In this document: positions 27,445 through 34,599 of the stretch, piece after piece
Layout of the letters: the number at the start of each line of letters is the position of its first letter
Numbering within the stretch: the first letter of the stretch is position 1
NCBI GenBank assembly: GCA_030643485.1
Contig: DAOWLG010000001.1
Coordinates: forward strand, 1 to 37,591
Reading direction: 5' to 3'
Source of the DNA: Candidatus Nealsonbacteria bacterium
GTDB taxonomy: Bacteria > Patescibacteriota > Minisyncoccia > Minisyncoccales > JAGMDC01
DNA: 37,591 nt
Translations under genes and position numbers: made by a program
Notes under the pieces: generated by a model
What the model saw: the letters and a program-made list of their open reading frames with translations, nothing else
Database searches by the model: none
What the model was told of the DNA's origin: nothing

Positions 27445-28171
27445 TATCAAAAATATTAAAAAATAATTTAGCTTCATCTCTGATTTCCCAATTTTCATCT
27501 GTTTTTGTTTTTTCTGGAAACCCTAAAGTTCTAAAAGCCTCAAGCCTAATTGTGCAATCTTCATCTTTTTTTGCTTTTTCCGTAAATCCTAAATTTCGAT
27601 AAGCTGCTAATCTGATATCAGTGTCTTTATTTGATTTTGCTTTTTCATCAAAACCTAAAATTCTAAAAGCTTCAAATCTGATTTTATAAAAAACATCGGA
27701 TTTTGCTTTTTTCGTAAAGCCTAAAATTCTAAATGCTTCGAGTCTAATTCCCCAATATTCATCTTTTTTAGCTTCTTCGGTAAAGCCTAAAATTCTAAAA
27801 GCTTCAAATCTAATATCAATGTCTTTATCTGATTTTGCTTTTTCATCAAACCCTAAAATCCGAAAAGCTTCAAATCTAATATCAGTGTCTTTATCTGATT
27901 TTGCTTTTTCATCAAAACCTAAAATTCTAAAAGCTTCAAGCCTAATTGTGCAATCTTCATCTTTTTTTGCTTTTTCCGTAAATCCTAAATTTCGATAAGC
28001 TGCTAATCTAATTTCCCAATTTTCATCTTTTTTTGCTTTTTCTGTAAAACCTAAATTTTTAAAAGCTTCAAATCTGATTTCATCGTTTTTATCTTTTTTT
28101 GCTTCTTTTGGAAAAAGGCTTATACAAGCTAGTTTTTCTTGAAAAGTTAAATCTTCATATTTTTTTTTCAT
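27407..28171 (-). CDS. Tandem 22-aa repeat protein (HEAT/PBS-lyase-like), paralog A
   Basis: 254 aa with about nine units of consensus KAK(K/S)D(E/K)(D/N)x(E/D)IR(L/F)EAFR(I/N)LGF(T/D)E. The D..xIRxxAxxxLG core resembles PBS-lyase HEAT-like repeats, but the period is 22 aa. Confidence 0.6.
   Translation of the reverse strand: MKKKYEDLTFQEKLACISLFPKEAKKDKNDEIRFEAFKNLGFTEKAKKDENWEIRLAAYRNLGFTEKAKKDEDCTIRLEAFRILGFDEKAKSDKDTDIRFEAFRILGFDEKAKSDKDIDIRFEAFRILGFTEEAKKDEYWGIRLEAFRILGFTKKAKSDVFYKIRFEAFRILGFDEKAKSNKDTDIRLAAYRNLGFTEKAKKDEDCTIRLEAFRTLGFPEKTKTDENWEIRDEAKLFFNIFDNGKNSSRNLCNL
27541..28009. repeat. 66-bp coding tandem repeats, including an exact 73-bp duplicate
   Basis: 27541-27613 is identical to 27937-28009, an offset of 396 bp (6 x 66). 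Confidence 0.9.
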
Positions 28172-28182
28172 GGTTTAAGATA

Positions 28183-28416
28183 TTATTTTTTAAAAATAGT
28201 TATTTTGTCCATCATTTTATTCCATTCGTACATTTTCTGTACCTGATTTACAAATTTATTCAAAATTTGCCATTCGACAGAAAAATGACAAAGTTTTAAA
28301 CTTTCAATAATTTTCTGTCTTAAAAGTTCCGGTGGTAATTGTTGGCTTCCTTTTCTTATTATTTCAAATTGTGAGATAATTTTTTCCTTTTCTTTTTTAT
28401 TCATATTAAATTTCAA
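28183..28416 (-). CDS. Hypothetical early protein
   Basis: 77-aa co-directional ORF. Confidence 0.4.
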   Translation of the reverse strand: MKFNMNKKEKEKIISQFEIIRKGSQQLPPELLRQKIIESLKLCHFSVEWQILNKFVNQVQKMYEWNKMMDKITIFKK

Positions 28417-28816
28417 ATAATTTAGGTTGATATGGGGAATTTTTTAGTTTAGTTCCATTGATAAAAATTTGAAAAAATTGCCCACCTTGAATATATTTGG
28501 GGCCTTCTTTGGTGAGCAATTTGGTTTCAAATCCCTTTTGAGATGAAGAGGCTGTATTGTACAATTCATATACCAATTTCGCTAATTTTTCTTGAACTAA
28601 TATTTTTTCTTCCCGAAGTTTTTTAACATTTTCGTTATTTTTTACTTTTTCAAACAATTCATCTTCTAGTCTCTTTATTTCAAAATTTAACTCTTTTTTT
28701 GAATTTCTTAATTCATCTAATTTAGCTGAAATTGGTAATTGAAATTTAATTGCAACTTTTATCGATTTGAGTTTTGCTTGTATTTTACAAATTTCTTCTA
28801 ATTTTGGTTCAAACAT
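28406..28816 (-). CDS. Coiled-coil protein of unknown function
   Basis: 136 aa, heptad-rich N-terminal two thirds; sits inside the recombination module. Confidence 0.45.
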   Translation of the reverse strand: MFEPKLEEICKIQAKLKSIKVAIKFQLPISAKLDELRNSKKELNFEIKRLEDELFEKVKNNENVKKLREEKILVQEKLAKLVYELYNTASSSQKGFETKLLTKEGPKYIQGGQFFQIFINGTKLKNSPYQPKLFEI

Positions 28817-29102
28817 AATGTTTTTGAGGATAAAATTTTAAAATATTTCCGTCAGGATCGGGGATGCTAATTTGGAGTTTAAGGTATGCCCATATATAAA
28901 TTTGAATAAGATATTGTTGAAAATCTAAAGTAGATAATTCTGTTGAGCTTTTTACATTCAAAAATTTTCGTTTTAAAAGTTTGTGAACTTCTTTTTTAGT
29001 CCATAATTGCGGACAAAGTAGGGGAATCACGACACTCCAATAATACTTGTTTTGTTGTAAACTTCTTTGTTTTTCGATTAACATTTTGTTACATTTGTTC
29101 AA
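28809..29102 (-). CDS. ninB: NinB/Orf-like recombination mediator
   Basis: 97 aa. QRSLQQNKYYWSVV ... SSTELSTLDFQQYLIQIYIWA ... ISIPDPD parallels lambda NinB (RSLDQNRKLWACL ... STSRMRVGEFAELLELIQAFG). Confidence 0.5.
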   Translation of the reverse strand: MNKCNKMLIEKQRSLQQNKYYWSVVIPLLCPQLWTKKEVHKLLKRKFLNVKSSTELSTLDFQQYLIQIYIWAYLKLQISIPDPDGNILKFYPQKHYV

Positions 29103-29346
29103 TAATATTGAGAATGTCGTTTATTATATTTATATCTCCATTTGCTGAAGATTCTTTTATTTTGTTAATTAGGTGTTCTTTTTGATAGGGAAGAAAGGTA
29201 GGAGCTAACCAACGCCAAAAACTTTCTTTACATTCTGGACAAAAGATAAGACTTCTTTTGTTATTTGCTGAATCAAAAATAATTCTTACAAAAATTTTAG
29301 TTTTTTTGTTACATCTATCACAAGTTTTTAATGGTAAGTTATTCAT
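29089..29346 (-). CDS. Small zinc-ribbon protein
   Basis: 85 aa; CDRCNKK ... FCPECKE. Confidence 0.45.
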   Translation of the reverse strand: MNNLPLKTCDRCNKKTKIFVRIIFDSANNKRSLIFCPECKESFWRWLAPTFLPYQKEHLINKIKESSANGDINIINDILNIIEQM

Positions 29347-29473
29347 ACGATTTTATGAGACTTTTTATGATTCTTATTTTGTTTTTGTTCGTGGTTAATT
29401 CTTTTTTTAAATCCTCTATTTCATTTTTGAATATATTGAGTTGATTATAATCTTCATGAGGTTGAAATATCAT
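29339..29473 (-). CDS. Possible 44-aa ORF (below the track cut-off)
   Basis: Hand translation MIFQPHEDYNQLNIFKNEIEDLKKELTTNKNKIRIIKSLIKSYE. Its stop overlaps the next gene's start. Confidence 0.25.
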   Translation of the reverse strand: MIFQPHEDYNQLNIFKNEIEDLKKELTTNKNKIRIIKSLIKSYE

Positions 29474-29497
29474 TTTTTATCTTTTAAGGAATAATAT

Positions 29498-29668
29498 TTA
29501 AAGTTTTAACGCCTTTTTTATATCAAATATTGCTTTATTGTAAGCAGTAATTTCGAGAAAAGCTATTTTTTTATCTTTTAGCGATAATTTGTAAAATCGC
29601 TTATCCAATTTTAAGCAAAATGAGTCTAAAAATTTGCAAAGCAATTCTATTCTAAATTCTTTTACCAT
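29498..29668 (-). CDS. Possible 56-aa ORF (below the track cut-off)
   Basis: Hand translation MVKEFRIELLCKFLDSFCLKLDKRFYKLSLKDKKIAFLEITAYNKAIFDIKKALKL. It fills the gap after the nuclease gene. Confidence 0.3.
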   Translation of the reverse strand: MVKEFRIELLCKFLDSFCLKLDKRFYKLSLKDKKIAFLEITAYNKAIFDIKKALKL

Positions 29669-29672
29669 AAAA

Positions 29673-30611
29673 TTAAATTAGTATATATTCTTTTTGTTTC
29701 GCGTAGTCACATACTCCATACGCCGGACATTTCAAGCATTTTTCTCTATTGTCGGAAGACGAATAAATACCTAATTCTATGGTACTCATCATGTTTTCCA
29801 GCGTATTTAGAATATTTTGTCTATTATCCAACAAACTCATTTTATCCGCCATATAAAAACTTGATCTAGCTGGGTCTTCTTTGGTAACAACTTGCAATCT
29901 TCCACCACACAGAATGTCAAATTTAATTTCTACCAAAAATTGATAGAATGAGAGCTGATTTTTGTATTTTTCTAAGGCTGTGTAGCCATCAATCCATTTT
30001 CGATCAAGACCCTCAATACTAGCCGCGGTTTTTATGTCGCTGATAAGTTGGCGATCAGGATAAAATTCATCCATAGTGCCCTTTAATTTATGACCTTTAT
30101 AATTAATTTCTACCGATATTTGGGTCTGTTTTGAATCAAAATCAAACAACGGCTGTCTGTGAAATTCATTCAGACAGTTCACCAGTTTGTCTGCTTGTGT
30201 TTCGGTTAGCTGTTCTTTTCCGGTGTTTTTTTGATACATAATTTTTTCTTCTTTTAATTTTTGTAATTTTAAATTTCTGGTTTCGATTTTTTTAATATCA
30301 CCTTTTTTTGATTTTTTGATTTTTTCAATTTCTCTGATCTCTTGCTCTATTTCGCTCATTGTAGAACCAATTTTTTTAATCTTCTTTTTGGGATCAAACC
30401 GGATTTTGACCACATTGTATTTTTCGTTCATGATTTTTTCGTCGTCTTGTATGAATTGATCAAAAGCAGACCCAAAAATCAAGGCATCGCTTCTGGATTC
30501 TGGTACGATTTTTTGATTATATTTTAAATCGAACAAAGTTGGACAAAATTTGAATGAATTCATTTTAGAGTTTGTGATAAACCCTTCATTTATTTTTAAA
30601 TAATTATTCAT
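29673..30611 (-). CDS. Cas4-like / RecB-family PD-(D/E)XK exonuclease with a four-cysteine Fe-S cluster signature
   Basis: 312 aa. N-terminal SFKFCPTLF; catalytic GTMDEF and SDIKT; QLSFYQ (QxxxY); C-terminal CLKCPAYGVC (CxxCx5C). Confidence 0.8.
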   Translation of the reverse strand: MNNYLKINEGFITNSKMNSFKFCPTLFDLKYNQKIVPESRSDALIFGSAFDQFIQDDEKIMNEKYNVVKIRFDPKKKIKKIGSTMSEIEQEIREIEKIKKSKKGDIKKIETRNLKLQKLKEEKIMYQKNTGKEQLTETQADKLVNCLNEFHRQPLFDFDSKQTQISVEINYKGHKLKGTMDEFYPDRQLISDIKTAASIEGLDRKWIDGYTALEKYKNQLSFYQFLVEIKFDILCGGRLQVVTKEDPARSSFYMADKMSLLDNRQNILNTLENMMSTIELGIYSSSDNREKCLKCPAYGVCDYAKQKEYILI

Positions 30612-30622
30612 TATTTAGAAGA

Positions 30623-31687
30623 TTAAACATTAGAAATTTCTGGATGTTTTTTAATTGTTTCAGCGATTTCTTGCTGATCTAAAACGTTAAACTGACTTTC
30701 AAAAGCTTTTCCAATTTCTCTTTTTTCTTCTTCATTCCATTTGGTTTGTTTTTCAAAATTTTGAATAGCTGACGCCAAAAGTTTTAAATCAGGAATTTCT
30801 TTAATAACTGTTATAATTTGAGCTTTTGTTGTGATTTCTGTTTTTATTTGTTTCTCCTTTCCTTCTTCTTTTTTTGTAGTTTTTTGTGGTTCTTTTATTT
30901 GATTATTTTCTTTAAATTTTACAATTTTATTTTTAATTATTTCAGAAATTTCTTTTTTTTCAGTTTCTGAAAATTGGTTAAAAATTGGTGGCAATTCTCT
31001 CTTTATTTCTTCAATTTGGTTTAAATTTTCAGCTTTTTTAGCTTTTTCTAAATAATAGTTTGACGCTGATCGAAGGGTTTTTTCGCCCGTTTGTGATTCT
31101 ATTTGAGTTGTATTCATTACTTCGTGATCTTCCGCGTGAGCAATCCCCACAGGAAAAGCAACCTTGAGACACCGTCTAGTGGCTCTTCCTTCAGCCATTT
31201 GTTCAGCGAGAAGATTGGTTACAAATTTTCGTGATATGGATGAGGGGTCGGCTGTAGCTTCGCGCGAGAATACAACCTCTCTGTTGTTGATCAGTCTTGT
31301 TATAGTACATTTATAACGATAGTATTTCTTTCCAAGATCTTTTTCGATAAGTTCGGTCAAATTTGAACACAATTCTCCGCTAATTTGAGCGTTAAAAAGA
31401 TGTCCATCCAAAGTGATATAGTTCTGGCCTTCCAGGACTTGAAGGTGATTTAACATCGAATTCAAACCTAATGTTTTGCAAGATACAACATAGGAAAACG
31501 CTTCATAAATAGTTAATGGTCTTTCGCCTTTTCCTTTTTCTACGGTTTTTTTGACATTCAAGACGACAAATACATCTCTGATAATTTCTTTTTTCTCTTT
31601 TTCCTCGTAGGTAGAAGCTAATTGATACAAAATTTCTTTGTTACGATCTTGTGTCGTTTGTTTAGCTTTTTCGTAGTTGTCTGGCAT
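30623..31687 (-). CDS. Single-strand annealing protein (RecT/Redbeta-like) with a long Lys/Glu-rich C-terminal tail
   Basis: ATG at 31687 preferred over the TTG at 31705. CKTLGLNSMLNHLQVLEGQNYITLDGHLFNAQISGE resembles the RecT core. Sits adjacent to the exonuclease gene. Confidence 0.5.
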   Translation of the reverse strand: MPDNYEKAKQTTQDRNKEILYQLASTYEEKEKKEIIRDVFVVLNVKKTVEKGKGERPLTIYEAFSYVVSCKTLGLNSMLNHLQVLEGQNYITLDGHLFNAQISGELCSNLTELIEKDLGKKYYRYKCTITRLINNREVVFSREATADPSSISRKFVTNLLAEQMAEGRATRRCLKVAFPVGIAHAEDHEVMNTTQIESQTGEKTLRSASNYYLEKAKKAENLNQIEEIKRELPPIFNQFSETEKKEISEIIKNKIVKFKENNQIKEPQKTTKKEEGKEKQIKTEITTKAQIITVIKEIPDLKLLASAIQNFEKQTKWNEEEKREIGKAFESQFNVLDQQEIAETIKKHPEISNV

Positions 31688-31701
31688 GATTTTTAGGTTA
31701 A

Positions 31702-31863
31702 TCAAATAAGGATTAATTGGTGATCGTATTTTTCGTACGTTCTATTACAGTTAGGGCAAGTTAGATATTTTTGGGAAGTTTGGCGATGTTCTCCATTTTC
31801 GTTTGAAAAATCTAAAATGTGGTCTTCCTCCAATAGTTCGAAGTCACAATTCGGACAGTACAT
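31702..31863 (-). CDS. Small zinc-ribbon protein (below the track cut-off)
   Basis: Hand translation MYCPNCDFELLEEDHILDFSNENGEHRQTSQKYLTCPNCNRTYEKYDHQLILI (53 aa); two CPNC motifs. Confidence 0.5.
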   Translation of the reverse strand: MYCPNCDFELLEEDHILDFSNENGEHRQTSQKYLTCPNCNRTYEKYDHQLILI

Positions 31864-31914
31864 AATCAAGAACATAAAAAATTAAAATAAATAATGGTAA
31901 AATTGTGAGTTCAT

Positions 31915-32400
31915 TTATAATATACATTTTTTTGTTTTGGTTAAGGTTAAAAATTGTTGCAATTTTGCATAAAGTTCAATATTTTTTTCAGTTTTATTGG
32001 TAAAATTTTGGAAAATAATAGCAACAAAATTCTTAAATTCTGCTCTTGTTTTTTCGTTTAAACATCTTTTTTTCCAATAGTATTTTTTTGACGCTTTTCT
32101 TTGAATTTTTCTGACTTTTTCAGTTTTGTTATAAAATTTTCTCCATATTTTTCCATTTCCTCTTTGCCAATTTTGTTTATCTAGTTTTCTTCTTATTTTT
32201 CTTTCTTCTTGGTATTTTTGTGTCTTTTTATGATGTTTTGATATACTTAATTTTTGTTTTCCTTTCAGTATTCTAGAGATTGAACTTTCAGTAATATCAA
32301 ACAGTTTTGCTATTTCAACGTTTTTGAGTTTTTGCGCTTTATAATGTCTCAAAACTTCTATAGTTATATAGTTGATTTTTTTGGTTGTTTCTTTTATCAT
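31915..32400 (-). CDS. HTH DNA-binding protein with a very basic C-terminal half
   Basis: 161 aa; LKNVEIAKLFDITESSISRILKGKQ is a helix-turn-helix. Confidence 0.6.
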   Translation of the reverse strand: MIKETTKKINYITIEVLRHYKAQKLKNVEIAKLFDITESSISRILKGKQKLSISKHHKKTQKYQEERKIRRKLDKQNWQRGNGKIWRKFYNKTEKVRKIQRKASKKYYWKKRCLNEKTRAEFKNFVAIIFQNFTNKTEKNIELYAKLQQFLTLTKTKKCIL

Positions 32401-32435
32401 GAAAATAGGTTAAAGAATTAAATTTACTACGTTAA

Positions 32436-32454
32436 GGGGGCTATTTTATAGTCC
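32436..32454 (-). promoter_or_regulatory. Conserved bulged hairpin upstream of the HTH gene 31915-32400 (copy B)
   Basis: Minus strand GG-A-CTAT-AAA-ATAG-CC(CCC), 35 nt before the ATG. Related to the copy at 34630-34654. Confidence 0.45.
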
Positions 32455-32794
32455 TTTTTCCGTTTTTTGTATAATTATAAAATCCAATTATTCCGATTTC
32501 AGTAGTCAATGGTCGTATATCTATTTTTCGCTTACCTTTGCTGTTAGAATCAAAAATATAATGCGTATTGTCAACAATTTTGACAATTCCCACGTGGCCG
32601 TATATAGATTTAGTTTGATTGTATATTGCTATACAGCCGTGGCAAGCTTTATAAGTATTGATTAATTTTTTTTTGGATTCAAAACTGTCTTTGATTGGCC
32701 TTGTTTCAAGACCTTTTTTTTTAAGAAAATTGTTGACAAATGTTCCGCAATGCCCACCATAATTTCCTTTTTTAATCAGAAATTCAGTTTTTTT
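32441..32794 (-). pseudogene. CHAP-type peptidoglycan hydrolase domain in a start-less reading frame (the -1 frame relative to ORF 32776-33090): frameshift-dependent gene or pseudogene
   Basis: Hand translation KKTEFLIKKGNYGGHCGTFVNNFLKKKGLETRPIKDSFESKKKLINTYKACHGCIAIYNQTKSIYGHVGIVKIVDNTHYIFDSNSKGKRKIDIRPLTTEIGIIGFYNYTKNGKRTIK. No ATG/GTG/TTG precedes the catalytic Cys. Motif-for-motif parallel to the CHAP domain at 6004-6381. Confidence 0.7.
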
Positions 32795-33090
32795 TTAATC
32801 GGGCATTCCGCGTCCTGCCCCCATTTTTCTTTGGATTTTTTTTGGCAAGCTTTTCTTAAATTTTCATTTTCTTTTTCCGTTTTTTGTTGTTCGTTCTCTA
32901 GTTCAAGCCATTTCTTAGAATTATCTTGAATTTTTTGGATTATTTGGTCAACGGTTAATTTTGATTTTCCGCCTGTTAATGCTGGAAGTAAGAGCAGACC
33001 AAGCCCCATAATCACGGTTAGCATTACCGCTCCGCCAATTTGGAGAAATGAAAAATTGTCTGATGATGTTTTTTGTGTTTCTTCATTCAT
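32776..33090 (-). CDS. N-terminal membrane-anchor / linker ORF, probable 5' part of a frameshifted signal-anchored CHAP lysin
   Basis: 104 aa. Gly/Ala-rich hydrophobic helix FLQIGGAVMLTVIMGLGLLLLPALTGG, then a coiled linker. Ends in KKK encoded by an A9 run (plus-strand T9 at 32788-32796). Confidence 0.65.
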   Translation of the reverse strand: MNEETQKTSSDNFSFLQIGGAVMLTVIMGLGLLLLPALTGGKSKLTVDQIIQKIQDNSKKWLELENEQQKTEKENENLRKACQKKSKEKWGQDAECPIKKKLNF

Positions 33091-33123
33091 TTTTTGTTTT
33101 TGTGTTAATGTAAATAAAATTAT

Positions 33124-33330
33124 TTATTTTTGTGTTGTAAATTTGTTAAGTAATTTTAGTTGGAATTTTTTTATTCCAACTAATTCTTTGTTTTCGTATT
33201 GTAGATCCCAATAATCTCCAAATAATTCTGTCATTCTATTTCTAGTTTTTGGTGCATTCTCCCCACTGATAATCACATAAAATCCTGCACATCCGTGATC
33301 AAAACTGAATGTAAAAAAATAATCTTTCAT
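33124..33330 (-). CDS. Hypothetical early protein
   Basis: 68-aa co-directional ORF. Confidence 0.4.
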   Translation of the reverse strand: MKDYFFTFSFDHGCAGFYVIISGENAPKTRNRMTELFGDYWDLQYENKELVGIKKFQLKLLNKFTTQK

Positions 33331-33355
33331 AGTTTAAAAAGTTAAAAATCATTTT

Positions 33356-33988
33356 TTATATTTGATATTTTTTGCAAAACGCTTGGATATAATCGGCTTT
33401 TTCTTGGTATTGTTTTGTCCCGATTTTTCTAGCTATTTTTTTAATTTTGGAAAATAAGTCCGCCTCATCTTGAATCCAATACCATTCCTTTTTCAACGCT
33501 TTCTTCGTAAATCCTAAAATCCGATAAGCTTCAAGTCTGATTATGCAATCTTCATCTCTTTTTGCTTCTTCGGTGAATCCTAAATTTCTAAAAGCTTCTA
33601 ATCTGATACTAGGGTCTTCATCTGTTTTAGATTTTTCATTAAATCCCAAATTCCTAAATGCTTCTAACCGAATCTTGTAAAGAACGTCTCTTTTTGCTTC
33701 TTCGGTGAATCCTAAAACTCGATAAGCTGCGAGTCTGATTTCCCAATTTTTATCTTTTTTTGCTTTTTTATCAAACTCTAAATTTCTAAATGCTTCTAAC
33801 CGAATTTTATAAAAAACATCGGATTTTGCTTTTTTCGTAAAGCCTAAAATTCTAAAAGCTTCTAATCGAACTTCATCGTTTTTATCAATTTTAGCTAATT
33901 TCGGAAAAAATTTTATTCCAGCCATTTTTTGAAAGCGGTCTAAAGAAAACCAAAATTTTTGTTTTTCGGTTGGGAATAATACGCACAT
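33356..33988 (-). CDS. Tandem 22-aa repeat protein (HEAT/PBS-lyase-like), paralog B
   Basis: 210 aa with about seven units of the same consensus as 27407-28171. An exact 53-bp stretch (33804-33856) is shared with 27681-27733. Confidence 0.6.
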   Translation of the reverse strand: MCVLFPTEKQKFWFSLDRFQKMAGIKFFPKLAKIDKNDEVRLEAFRILGFTKKAKSDVFYKIRLEAFRNLEFDKKAKKDKNWEIRLAAYRVLGFTEEAKRDVLYKIRLEAFRNLGFNEKSKTDEDPSIRLEAFRNLGFTEEAKRDEDCIIRLEAYRILGFTKKALKKEWYWIQDEADLFSKIKKIARKIGTKQYQEKADYIQAFCKKYQI

Positions 33989-34004
33989 AGATTGAAGTTT
34001 TAGA

Positions 34005-34049
34005 TTTTAAAAAATAGAAATCCTGACTCACATCAGAAATGAGAGCCAG
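34005..34049 (-). terminator. Hairpin plus T-tract between early genes
   Basis: Minus strand CTGGCTC-loop-GAGTCAG (one G-U pair) followed by GATTTCTATTTTTTAAAA. Confidence 0.45.
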
Positions 34050-34118
34050 AGACCTTTATTTTTATTCTCCATTCGGAGAAATCATAGGTGGGATTGGGTT
34101 TTAAGGAAGACTAAAAAA

Positions 34119-34598
34119 TTATTGTGTAAATTCTGCAATACATCCATTATCGAAAATTGTCAAAGGTTTAACTTGGCTGGATTTCCGTCGTAACAAACAA
34201 TTACCTACAGATTGAAACAACTTATTAAATAAAATCCCTCTGTTTCTTTTTTTATTTGTACCCATTGGGCGAATTATGGAAGAATCAGCGAAAGTAAAAA
34301 ACATTTGATCTAAAACAAAATCCAAAATTTGATCAAAAGAAAGATGACACAACCTACATGATTTCCAGGCAACCCATTTGGCCAGAGGATAAACCTCCTC
34401 TTCTCCGATATAATCCCAAATAGGGAATACATCGCGATCTTGAATCCTTTTTTTTATTCCTATTGGTCGAGATTTCAAGATAATTCCTTTCCTTATTTTT
34501 CCTATGGTAGTTTTATGTAAATTTAATTTTTTAGCAATTTTTACATCGCTTAGTCCCTTATCTACGAGTGGCTGGATATCATTTATAGTTATATACAT
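34119..34598 (-). CDS. HTH DNA-binding protein
   Basis: 159 aa; N-terminal GLSDVKIAKKLNLHKTTIGKIRKG is a helix-turn-helix. Confidence 0.6.
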   Translation of the reverse strand: MYITINDIQPLVDKGLSDVKIAKKLNLHKTTIGKIRKGIILKSRPIGIKKRIQDRDVFPIWDYIGEEEVYPLAKWVAWKSCRLCHLSFDQILDFVLDQMFFTFADSSIIRPMGTNKKRNRGILFNKLFQSVGNCLLRRKSSQVKPLTIFDNGCIAEFTQ

Positions 34599-34599
34599 T

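Noticed and set aside
27407-28171. Regularly spaced 66-bp repeats considered as a possible CRISPR array
   Set aside because: The repeats are contiguous with no unique spacers. They lie in one long open reading frame and translate to a coherent 22-aa protein repeat. No cas genes are present apart from the stand-alone Cas4-like nuclease.
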